Assembly: GCA_000708835.1 (NCBI GenBank)
Contig: DF237165.1
Coordinates: forward strand, 73,573-137,572
Length of the DNA stretch: 64,000 nt
Direction of reading: 5' to 3'
Source: Klebsormidium nitens
Taxonomy: Eukaryota; Plantae; Klebsormidiophyceae
Both the position numbers and the translations under genes were made by a program. Below are positions 24,001-35,600 of this stretch, in pieces. Below the pieces are notes generated by a model. It did no database searches, was not told where the DNA came from, and was given only the letters and a program-made list of their open reading frames with translations. Position 1 is the stretch's first letter; every line of letters starts with the position of its first letter.

Positions 24001-27000
24001 GTCTGAACCAAGAACGAGACACGTCTCTTAACGCTACTCCTTGTGGCATTGCAGGCGTCACCGCCGCCCCCTCCCGTCGTGCACCCCCAGGAAATGCTCC
24101 GCCGTCTCCTGCCCCCAGGCGCACATCCGCCACTTACGTCATCCACTTCCGACCCCGAGCCCTTTTCTCAAGTCGCGCTCAACCCCCGGCCAGACAGCTC
24201 CCCGCACTTCGCTTCCCTTAATCCGGCAGAAAACCGCGGCTCGTGGGTTCCCGCCCCACAGTGGGCGCCACAAGTCCAGTCCCGCCCCCCTAGTTCAATT
24301 GCGCAAGTGCCATCTGCATTTGGACAGCACAGCCAGGCAATGCCCGACCAGGAGCTCAACTACTGGTCGAGCACTAACCACGACCTAAACCCGCCACAAG
24401 ACTCACTTCCGCCAGGATCGTCCGGTTGGCCTGGGGAGGTGGATGCTTTCCGGACGGACCAACACCCTGCCGAACACGGGAACAGTGCCAACAACCTCCG
24501 AAGTCACCCCCTACAAAACCACCCCTCCTTGGCACCACCAGCGGCACATTACCAGAGCGGATTCGCCCCCCTACCGCCTACCAGTGTCCCGAATCCGCAG
24601 ACTCCCCCTCTGAGCGCCCTGCAAAACGCCCCGCACATCCGCAAGTTGCAAGCCACCGTTCAGGAGCACTTCCAGCGGACCGGGGGGCTGAAGAGCCCGG
24701 GAGAGGTGCCTTCGCCAAACAGTCAACCTGCGGAGTTCCCACCTTTTGGAGCAGCGTACAAGCCGGAATCTCCTGTAGAGAGGAGCTGTTCGGGAGGAAG
24801 AGACGGAAGTGGGGGTAGGTGGGGCGACAACACTGTACCTGGCTATCAGCAACAGGCCCAGTACCCCTCCTTCAACGGGGAAGACTTCAGGGGTCCGGAG
24901 GTGGGGCGAAACCATAATGGGGGGCAAGAATACATGGTCAACCAAGCCCCCCTGCCTGAGCTTTTGGGTCCTGCTGGCTCTCTGCTGCCGAGAGAGAGGC
25001 CGTCTCCTTACTCTTCCCATTCGGAGTACGATCACGTGGGTCCGTACGCCCATCACCCATTTGCGCACTCTGAACTGCCCCGCGAAGCGACTCAGGAATC
25101 CATGGTGCTTCCGCCAGAGTACCTCCATGGTCGGCCGTCAATGTCGCCAGAATTGCCGACCGAGCGGTCCCCGCAAGGTGGAAACGCAGCCAGTAGAGCC
25201 CCCGAGAGGAAAGGGGCGTACAATCCGTTGCAACAGCAGGTGGCGCCTCAGGAGAAGGCAAAGCCAAACGAGGACTCGGTGTCGGATGCGGACCTGCAAA
25301 AGCTCCTGGATGACTGTGCCTTGCTGGACGCGTCTCAGCCGGAGGCGGGTGAGCCAGTCGAAAGAGGGGCATGGGGAATCTCCGTCGAAGCTCCCGCTCC
25401 TTGGCGGGACGTGAGAACGGCTGAAATCGGAAACCTTGATAGGGTGAGGGAGGGAGAGCGGCTGAATGAGGCGGCATTGGCGGCTCACACGGCGGGCCGT
25501 GTTGGTGCGAATGGGGCCGTGCGGACAGCCGCGCAAATGGTGGCTGGCCGACCGGACGAGGAGCAGTTTGAGGCGGATATTAAGGCCGCCATGGACGTGA
25601 GCTTGGAAGGTACGGGGACGGCAACACATTTCGAAAGCTTTATGGGGGGTCGCCGTCTTGGAGCACACGTGTTTCTGGTTTTTGGAGTCAGGTGGTCGAG
25701 ACGCGGCAGCAGGTGCAAGAACAGCTTGTCCAATTCGGATACATCAAAGTCGAAGTGTTCTGGTTTGGCCCTTATTACTGCTTTGAGATGGTGCTTACGG
25801 GTCATTGCGAGCTTTTCATTCTGCTTTCTCCGTTTTCGAGCTGAGTTGTAGCCCTTGCCGCTAGGGATTCAAACACGTTCTCCCCAAGCTTGAGCAGTTC
25901 GCGACGTCAGAATACCCACATACCATAGAGCAAGCTTTCTACCGTGCTGCAAACAGTTGCACCTCTGGCAGGTTTAAGGTCCCGCGTCAACGTCCTGAAG
26001 AAGCACTTGTATGTACGTGAGTGCTCCACCGTCTTTCGCTTCATTGGCAAACCATTCCCGTTTGGATGACTGACATCAATCCCCCATCTGCACAGAGTAC
26101 CGGTCTCAAGGAGGAGCGTCGCAGCGCCCAGCAGCACAGACGAAAAGCTGGCCCTCGGTGCGCGTCAGCGCCGCCCCCAAGCCGGCCGTGGGGAAGGGGC
26201 TGGCCAACCGATCGGGGGAGTACAACTGCTTCCTCAACGTTATCATTCAGGTGAGCTCCACATCTTGCTTTACCGCTTCCTGGGCTGTGTTTAGTCAGCG
26301 CACTGCGCCCTTGTTGGTTGTGTCCTTTCAATGCAGTCCAAGAGCCTGGTCAGAGTGGGTAGCAATCTATAGATCGGAGGAAAACCTGTTCTGTTGCTGT
26401 TTTGCTTTTAAGGTATCAGCCAGCTCCTTGCCTCGTTGGGGTGTTGAGTTCACGGGGACACATTGGTGCTTCTCGGTTTAAGAGTCCTCGTGAGCATACT
26501 TTGAGCCGACCTCTACCTAGGACGCACCCTGCTCTGCTAATAACCTTCCTAGCCCATCCTGTGCTTGTCGATCACAAAGGGACACGGATACACTAGACTG
26601 ACCATGCAGTCGTTGGAGTGTTGACTAAAGCCCATTCCCTTCCTCTCCCTGCAGTCGCTTTGGCACCTGGTCCCTTTCCGGCGGAACGTGATGTTACATC
26701 CCGTCCCCAAGCGCCCGCCGTCGGATGCCCCGCTGTACGTGCGCCGCCAGGCCGTCTTGCACGGCCTGAAGGGGATCTTCAGGGCGCTCTCTGCAGACGA
26801 CGGCAAACCCACAGCGGTGCGTTCCCTAAGTCAAATTCCCTCACACTCTCTGAGCGGTTCGATAACTGGTGCACAAATATCTAGGACGGCTAAGTATTGT
26901 GATGAGCGCACATTGGGTTGGATCTGCTAGGTTAGGTGGCGTTAGGAACGAACTCACCTCTCATTGAAAAAGGGGACGAGGTAGGTAGTGAACGTGGATA

Positions 27001-30000
27001 CGCGGGCGCCTTTGCTGCTCTTCCATTTGTAGCACAAGGTGTCGTAGCCGTTGTTTATTGGCATGTTCTTGAGGCATGTTTAAATGCACACAAGCGTGAC
27101 CCCTACATGTAAACGCGTGCACGAGAAATTGCAAGGAAGGGCTGCGTCATGCACTTTCGTTTTCCGCTGTGGCTCCACTTTTTTGGAAACCGAAAAGGTT
27201 CTCGGAGAGGTCCGTCCAAGCTTGAATAGGTTGATTGATGGAAGGGAACCCCCGAGAAATGGTCATCGCTTCTGATGCAGTAGACGTGGTAAGTTGCTTC
27301 CTGCATGGAACCGTACTCGTCATCATCATGGTCCCCAATGGTTATACCAGCGATTCTTGATGTACATCACTTAAAGCGAAGGACACGCCTTTGACATTTT
27401 CCTACGCTTGGTGCGGTGCAGGTGGATCCGTCATCTCTGCGGACAGCCCTCCACGACGCGCACAAAGGCAGCGACCTTTTCCAGATGGTGAGCTCTCCCC
27501 GCTCGCGCCAGCGTCTAAGCTAAGACTTCGCACCTTTGGCGGCGGATATGCAAGGGAGCTTACGGGTGACACATGTCCCAGCATGCTCTACAAGACTGGA
27601 ATTCATGCTTTGGGCCAGTCTTTCAAACCGACCCGCAGTCTGCTGTAGACAGCGTGCTGGCGCATGGGAACATGCCAGCAAGCACTCGCATGAGTGGCGA
27701 TCAGAGTCGTCGATCAGCCGCATCACGCTGCAACCGCGGGCCTTGGGCTGTTTGTTCGTGGTTTGAACTGCAAAGATGCAAGTTGTTGACCCCCTTTGCG
27801 GTGCTAGCACAAGCGGCGGAGCCGAGCAGACCACTTCACGAGTCTCCCAGGCACATCTGGCCCCTGACTTCTGTTGCTTAGACTGGCCGTCAGCAGCCTG
27901 AATCGCAACCACTAATTGACGTTCAATTTTCGAGCACCCGTCACGTTTTTTCCTGCTCAACCCCTCTCTCTGACGCCCCCACAGGAGGAGATGAATGACG
28001 CGTCCGAGGTATTGCTCTCCATCTTCGGCTGCCTGCACGAGGCGCTCCAAGCGCCCGTTGTTGCCTCCCCTCCAAAGCACGCCGACGGCCTGCTGCCCAC
28101 CCCCTCCAATAGCGCGGCCTTGCGTAACAAGGCGACCGACGGTGCGTAAACAGCCGTCTCCCTGGTCTGTCAATGATTTGCACGAAAGTGCTGTGCAAAT
28201 CTTTGCCCACGATTTCAGAGGCTCATCTCTTGCCCGCATTCAGCATGCGGGAGTTGGCAGCTTTCCAAGACGCTCCTCTTGCGGGTAGGTAGACCTGTGT
28301 CAGGAGAAGCGAGCACTTCCCAACGGTTGTCTTAAGTCTTAAGTTGCAAATTGTCCTTTTGACGGATTTATACCCATTTTTGAGAGGGACTGGTCAATTT
28401 CACTTGGATTGTGCTGTAACCGGCAGAAGCGAGGAGCGAAAATCAGCAACGACTAACATCGTGTCCGCACAGGAGAGCTAAACTCTTTGTCTTCTGCGCA
28501 CAGTTTGCCGCGGGTCCTGCTTCGTCCACGACCTGTTTGGGCTCGACATGGTCGAGTTCACGCACTGCGGCCTCTGTAACAAAAGTGAGGCCCCCAGACG
28601 GCTTCTTCGCTTCATTCCTGCTCGATTCTCACTGGGTGCCACCGGTTCTTAGCTGCCGGGCGACTTTTGGGAGGTTGAGGTTGAGAAGAACTCGCAGCCT
28701 GTAGGACAGCCACGGGAGCAATCAATTGACGACCGAACATACTCTCAACGTTGCTGATGGGAGTGATTGTGCTGCTGTCAAACTTTCAGAGCGGCCTGGT
28801 GACTGTCGGACCCTGCACTTGAATGTGTCTCTGCATCAAATGTTTCTCTGTGTAGTCTTGGCAGACTCGAATAAGCAGCCGGTCTGGCCGAAGGGGCTCG
28901 TGAGATTTGAAACTATTCAGTCACGTTGAAGCCAATGTGCCCCATTCAGTCACGTTGAAGCCAGTGTGCCCCAGCGTTTTCATAAAGCGCACATGCTTTG
29001 CAGGGACCCACGACTTACACTACCAGCAGTACTTCCACCTCGTCAACTGCTCTGCCCTCTCGGACGTTGCGGTACGTCTCCGTCCATCTCTTTTCCGTTG
29101 CTGCTGTCCACATATGAACGTAGGTTGAAGTTCTCCCCAGCATGCACAATCGTTCAAAAGCAGGACTTTCTTACTTCCTTGCTCCATATGGCAGGTACTT
29201 TGATTGTCTAAAATGGAAAGACACTTTTCCATTCTCAATCTTCCTTTTCTTTAGTCGCCTTAATATCAAGTGAGAATTAGCCATTAGGGCCATGTGAGAG
29301 TTGCCGTTGGAGTCATGTAAACTTGTCAAAACAAGCATGCGCCAAGTTTTTGAAAATCCCTTTGCTACTTGGCGCAGGTGCAGTCGCCGGGTCGGCCGTT
29401 TGCGCCGCTGCTGCGCCGCGTTCTCGACGGCTCCACTCCGCTGCGGCCGTGCGACAAGGACGAGGGCGGCTGCGGGGAGCCTCTCCCCACTACGCACGTC
29501 CTCGACAAGGCGCCGCAGCTCTTCACCGTTGGTAAGTGGGTCCTGGTGTCGCTTCCCCTATTCTCTTCTTTGTCTTCGTCCCTCTCCCATTGCCTGGTAC
29601 GGTGGGCGCCTTCCAACTCAGAGTATTCTGTTTCACCAGAATCCCGTCCCTCAGGCGGCTTTCTGGTGAAGGCGTATTGTTCTATTTTGGATTGTCGGGC
29701 GTTCCACAGTCTATAGAGGTGTTCCACCCGACTTCGCTCAAACTGTGACTCACTACAGGGCGCCCTATATCGCCGAGGAGCATAGCGCTGGTAGCTTAGC
29801 ATTCGGGGCGGACGAAAGATGGAGAATTCAATCCCGCTTCTAACTTCGTGACAGCTGGTGCGAACCTTTTGTTCAAAAAAGATGCGCTGTGCTTTACGCA
29901 AGTTAAATATTTTTGGAACGAAAAATGCGGTATGACTTGTAAAGAGAACTAGCCCTGCTTGACGCTGCTACTAAGACCAGTCCCGCCGCCCGCTGCAGTT

Positions 30001-31583
30001 CTCGTGTGGGGTAGTGCCCAGGCGTCGCAGAGCCAGGTTCGCTCAGTCGTCAATGCCATCAGCACGCAAGTGAGCATCCGAAGCCTGTGCCCGGCCTTAC
30101 CTGAACAACCACTGCTTCGACAAAAACCTCATATTTATATAACGATTCCTATTGGAGGGAAGCTTGGACTGTCAGTAGCTAGAGTCCTGAGTCAGCGACC
30201 GAGGTAAACTTATTATGTTGCGAGGTGCACATCTTACTTCAAACGCCAAACGAATCTGTACATCTGGCGGTAAGGGATCTCTTGGTGGATCCGTAGGTCA
30301 GCCGGCTGTTTCTGCTCAGCTTGCGCTGCGGTTGCGCCCTGTTGAATGCCCTTGTCCTGTTTGGGTGAACGCTTCGGTGCTTAAACTCGAAGAGATCATA
30401 GCTGGACCTCAGTGGACCCTTTGGGGAGAAGACTACGACGATATATCGGTCTTTTCTTTCCAAGAGTTTTGCTTGACGCGGCTGTTCGCACCACAGATTC
30501 GCGTGTCGGAAATCTTCCCCGACCTGAAGTACAGAGGCCAACACGCCCTCCGCTGTGTGGTGAGCACGCGCGCAGGCTTCAACACTCCTGTTGCTGTATT
30601 CGCAGTTGTTCGTATGACCTGGCGCTAAACCATTCTTGACGTCTTTGTTAACGAGCTTGCCACCGGGTTTGGGAAGTCCGTCGCAATGGATGGTCCAGGA
30701 TTTCTTGCACGCAAGTCTGAATGAACTAGGACCTGTGGTGATGGCAACTTGAGCTTTCCGTGTGCCATCTTCTCGAACGTCTCTATTTTGATTGAAATCG
30801 TCATCCGGTACAGAGTTAAACAGCTCAGTTTTTCTCACACGGGCTGCTCACGCGGCATGTGTATCGCACATGCCCCCATGTTGGTCGCCGGTTATTGGAA
30901 GCGCTGCTCTCGGGTCCTCGCTAGCTTCCGGACGGCTTCTTTTAGTTCGCGGTTCATGAAGGAAAAGCGTCCATTAAGCTGGCCGTGGTGCTTTGCCGCA
31001 GGTGTGTTACTACGGGCTGCACTATTTCGCATTCGCTTTCAGCGCCAAGGCCCAGCAGTGGCTCCTTTTGGACGACACCCACGTCAAGGTGACCTCACGA
31101 ACACAGCGTGAACTTGCACCCACATACGGACGGACCCAATGGTCACCCTAAACGAGCAAAGAGGAACGTCTGGTGTCAAGTTTTGTGACTGCTGCTCATG
31201 CGCTTGCTTGCCCCATTTGAAGGAAGGGTTTGCATCAAACGACCCTCAAGAGTGCGGTATGCAGTTTCGGGTCCTAGCTAGAATGCATGTCAATGCACTC
31301 AGTGGATTGCTGCAACCGCACTCTATAATCTGGTTTGGGGACATTCCTAACCATCGACCTGTGTTCTGCCACCGTCTTTCGTCTCGTCGTCTTTCGGTCA
31401 CTGCAACCGCACTCTATGGTCTGGTGTGGGAACATTCTAATCGATATGCATTTTTCCACCGTTCTTTCGTCTCTCAATCATACTCTCGTTTGCTTACAGG
31501 TGGTAGGCCCGTGGGAAAAGGTGGTTGAGCAGTGCACGAACGGCAGGCTGCAGCCGTCGGTGCTGTTCTATCAATCGCTCTGA
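11792..31583 (+). CDS. Predicted chimeric gene: GNOM/GBF1-type ARF-GEF (DCB-HUS-Sec7-HDS1) fused to a disordered linker, UIM-like motif and USP53/54-type peptidase C19 domain; ~2565 aa, 31 exons
   Basis: The 18 ARF-GEF exons total 2831 nt (phase 2), ending at donor AC|GTAAG 21062. The next strong acceptor TTCCCCCGCAG| at 21331 continues in the correct phase into the long ORF. Total 7698 nt with no internal stop. The junction is predicted, not transcript-verified. Confidence 0.7.
18178..18403. repeat. Direct tandem duplication, 2 x 113 bp, intron 12 of the ARF-GEF paralog
   Basis: Units start AGATGCCGCACAGGGA at 18178 and 18291 and are highly similar through CCTTCGAATT. Confidence 0.9.
21332..31583 (+). 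CDS. Disordered Pro/Gln/Gly-rich region plus USP53/USP54-like ubiquitin C-terminal hydrolase (peptidase C19) module
   Basis: Exons: 21332-23495, 24055-25609, 26096-26250, 26655-26816, 27422-27487, 27985-28141, 28504-28584, 29004-29071, 29378-29531, 29999-30069, 30497-30559, 31002-31088, 31500-31583. Cys box KGLANRSGEYNCFLNVIIQSLWHL, EMNDASEVL, Zn-type HCGLC and CDKDEGGC, His box VCYYGLHYFAFAF, WLLLDDTHVK, C-terminus GRLQPSVLFYQSL-stop. If it is a separate gene, the start would be the ATG at 21318. Confidence 0.9.
28915..28972. repeat. Tandem repeat, 2 x 29 bp (intronic)
   Basis: ATTCAGTCACGTTGAAGCCAATGTGCCCC followed by ATTCAGTCACGTTGAAGCCAGTGTGCCCC. Confidence 0.9.
31310..31470. repeat. Imperfect tandem duplication, period ~91 bp (intronic)
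   Basis: CTGCAACCGCACTCTAT recurs at 31310 and 31401, with similar following sequence (TCTGGT...GACATTC/AACATTC...CCACCGT...CTTTCGTCTC). Confidence 0.75.
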
Positions 31584-32611
31584 GAGCCAACATACATTCC
31601 AGTCAACGTGCAATTTGGCAAGAGGTTAGACAGCACGGAGCGTGCGTGGGAGCTGAAGTGCACGCGATAGGGGCATGTCACATTTCGGCGATAGCTCATT
31701 GGGAGAGTCTGATTGTAAACTTACTGTCTGAAGTCTTAGCTCGAACGTTTACAATGCTTAGAAGAAGGCCCATTGGATCATTGCACCGGTTCAAACCGAC
31801 CCCGAGATCAGACTTGATAAAATCCTTGCAAAGGAGCTTAAGTGCGTGCTACGAGTAAACGACTTGACTGAGCTAGTCAGATAAGGTACGGGAGGATCCT
31901 TTGCCGTATCATGGAGCTTCTCCACAAGCACAGCCGTGCTTTTTACATTGTCCTTTGCTTTGTTGTTTACTGCCAGCTCATGATGCCTTCAGGCTTTCAC
32001 CCCTCATGTCTCGAACACGTCCTTGAATGCTCCTATTGCAGTCACCATGTTGGCCATGCATGGATCTGCCTTCTGAGTGTTGATGCACAAGCCCTCTATG
32101 AGCTCTAATCGATGCAGGTATCTCCTGATCATGCACGTGAAGGGATGGTATACATTGAGTGGCGCTGCTCCCTCTGCTGAGTCTAGGACCTACCTACCGT
32201 TTGTAGGCTCTAGGCTAGGCTACCTAGAGGCATGCGTCAAAAAAAATTCCAGAGTAGGGCGCATTCACAATGCCTCTTGAAGGCCGAGGACTAGCCGCAA
32301 CCCTCGATCGTCAGATAGGAAACGCAGGAACCGTCGATGCCCGCCAAAATCGCCGCCAGCCAGTTCGCTCAGCTGGAGCAAACTTGCTCGAGAGTCTTTG
32401 CCAGCAATCTGCAAATTCTCATATTAGTCTGCTCTGCGCCACAGGCTTGCTGCAACTTGGACATTCTCAGAGCCAAGCTTCAGAAGGATCAAGGACGATC
32501 GCAAGCTGGTGAGGGCATGCTTGACCGTCTGCAATGAGTGAACAAAATCAGGGTCTCTGTGCGGTAAGATTCTGCGAGTGAAAAGCCAACGGCGAGCATT
32601 TGAAGGGCAGG

Positions 32612-35600
32612 ATGGCAGGGCCCCAGGTGGCCAGCCTTGCTGAGGGTTCTGGATGGACAGGGCCCCAAATAGCATGTATGGTCAACACAGAGATCAACCA
32701 GGTGATGGCGGTCATGAGGCAGAATGCACGCTGGGCTGTTGCCCCCAGATACCTGGTGAGCATCTATTATACAAGTTATGCACCAATACTTTGCAGATTT
32801 CTATGAGTTCGTGAAACAATATGGCCGCCAGTAGCTTCGTATGTTGCATTCTTATTTCATGCTGAAAATGCTGATTACCCGGCCAGAATCTACTTGGCAA
32901 TCAGAGTGCTGCTGCCAAGAACCCTGACCAGTAATCTGCTAAGTGCTTGAATGGTCAAACTGGATGTCAGGCACGTTAATCAAGGAATCGTCAATCAGGG
33001 TGTTGTGATTGATTTGGAGCGATTGGTTAAGAATGTGCGACGCAATCACCCTGACGTTTTGGACCTGTGTTCGTCCATGAGAAGGGCTTCCCGGAAACTA
33101 GCGTGAAAGCCTTTTGAAGCTGTCTACTTGAGATCTAGAAACTAAGAAGCTCCTGTGGTTCTCTTCTTTGGTCGCATTGACACTTCTTTTCGTGAAGCTG
33201 CTTCCGTCAGCATTTGAAATTCCTCTTACTTCTGGTGTCTGAACTCAAAATTACAGCTCCTTTAGTCCAACTCAATGTTGGAAAGTCCTGGGCAAGTAAT
33301 TTTAGATCTGCTTGTTTATCAGACATCAAGACAGGCCACTTGTGTTGCTGCACTACACATCAACACCGATTTATCCAGCAAGCCATTATGCAGTGGCTTG
33401 AATTGAGCTGTAGAGCAGCTGGTGATCCTAGACGTTTCAGTCTTAGAATGCATCAGAACCCTAAACTAGCTGAAATACAGTGCTGTCAGGCACCGATTGA
33501 GCCTGGTAGTTTCTCATTGCGTCTTATTCGTTGTTTGCTTCACAGTGTTGCAAGAGAACATTGAGGCAGGGCCGCCGTTGGCCAATTGTGCTCATGTCGG
33601 CAGTCGTTCCTCAATAAGATGGTCAATGAAGAAGACACAGTCTCAAGATTCTACCGTGAGGGCGGTGCAGTCGGTGGATTGAAGAAACTTTCCGGGATAG
33701 ACCTCTGAGCTTTTTTAAACCGTGAAGGTGAAGTAAAGTTCCAAATGTGGACAAAAGTGTCTATGGGCCACTATCCTGCAGAAGCACTGAAATAGTGTAA
33801 TATTTGCAGGAGGAGGAGCTGGGCGAAGATCCTCTTTTGCGAGACTTCAAGATCCTGCGAAGGAAACTCTTCACCTGGCAAGGTAGGCGGTCAACAAGAT
33901 GGTTCGCTCGTCCCATCCAGATCTTCTTGTGCAGAGGAGGCTTCTCGTTACACAGTATGCTGCAATCTTCAGTCAAAGTGCAATTGGTTTTCTGCTGCCC
34001 CCAGCCGTAATGTGCGGACTCTGCCTTTAGGGTGTGGGACTGCAGGAAAAGCCTGAGATGTTGTCAATGCTTTGCAGATTGGCCAAAAGTAAAGCCCACG
34101 GACTACTTGACCCCTTTCCTGGAGGTTATTCGTTCCGAGGAGACTAGTGCCCCAATCACTGGAGTAGCACTCTCTGCTGTGCACAAGGTCCTAAGCTATG
34201 AGATCTTTGGTGAGTCTCAGTGCCTCAGCAGATGGATCAAACACTGCCGCAGATTGGCGCTCGACTTGCCCAATTGTTGACCCCGTTTGTTGTGCGGACG
34301 TATCGACAGGAAACATCATGTGCCAAGTGCAATACAATCTGCCAAGTGCAACCCTCGTTTTGTGTGCCTGGAGTATCTTCAACAAAACTCACTTTTTTTC
34401 AAAAGATCTTCTACGGTGAGTGATTGCTCATCTTTCGGAACCCTCTTGCCAGATGCGAAGACGGCAGGCGCGGCAGAGGTGATGCACTTCATCGTGGATG
34501 CTGTGACGGGCTGCAAGTTTGAAGTTACCGACCCAGCATCAGAAGAAGTCGTCCTTCTGAAGATCTTGCAGGTAAGTATTGCTGATCACTTCATGTATCT
34601 CATATCAACATCAGATTGGAGGTTGCTCTTGAATGTTTAGCTAATGTGAAACACCCTTTTCCAGTGTACGGAAGCAGCTATTCCTCGCTTGGAGAATAGC
34701 AAGAGTAAGTGTTGGAGATCGACATCACGGTCATCACGCGTCAACTAGATCACATCTATGCAAAACTTCACGTGAAGAAGTTGCTGCCCTCTTCAACGTC
34801 GGTTGTTCTGACGAGACGGCTAAAAAGCACTGCTTGTCTGGACTTGAAAGCAATGCATTGGACAAGGGGTACAGTCTTATGTGCCATATCGATCAAGGTC
34901 GTGAGGTGTGGCAGGGGAATTGTTCTCATCTTATCAGGATGAGGACACGTTCGTTGAGCGGGAAAAGGTTTTGTATATGTATAGCAATTTTTGCCAGACC
35001 TTATCTTGCACATGTTCCAGGTCCTGTTGGCGTGTCTCAAGTGCGGGGCCGGCCCGTTACTGAGCAACGCTGACGTGATCAACATCATCAACACGTGCCT
35101 GCGCGTAGCCTTTACAAAAGGCGAACTGCTGCAGCGCACGAGCTGCCAGATGATGCAGGACATGGTGCGCGCCATCTTCGCGAGGTGAGGCTGGTGCCAC
35201 ACAAGCGAGTACTTCGGACCGTAAAAGTTGTGGCTCGACTCTCACGTCAAAGTCTGAGTTAATGACGATTATCGGTTTTGTGTTGTGGTGATTGGAAGTG
35301 CCTATCTGCGGCGAAGGTGGACGAGAGACCCAACTTCTGAGACTTCAAGAAATGTCGTCAAAGAAGTATCATCCGAACTCAGGCTTGAATGGATGTCTTG
35401 TTTCTCGGGCTTGACAGGTGGTGAGGCTCGGGGCCGCCAAGTTGGGAAATAGGTACTTATAGTCAAAGCTTGTGCAAATTCTAAATACCGCTTGACCAAC
35501 AAATTCGTGATTCCAGGCTCCATGAGTTCGAGCCAGCCGAGGACGGCTCAACCCAGCCTGGTCCAGCGGTCGCAAGTGAGCAGCCAGACGGGAGGGTCTT

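Noticed and set aside
32518-32581. Short upstream ORFs before the GNOM ATG (similar ones at 11681-11759 before the duplicate)
   Set aside because: They are not conserved between the copies, and AG acceptor-like sites just before both ATGs suggest these stretches may be leader introns; cannot be supported without TSS data.
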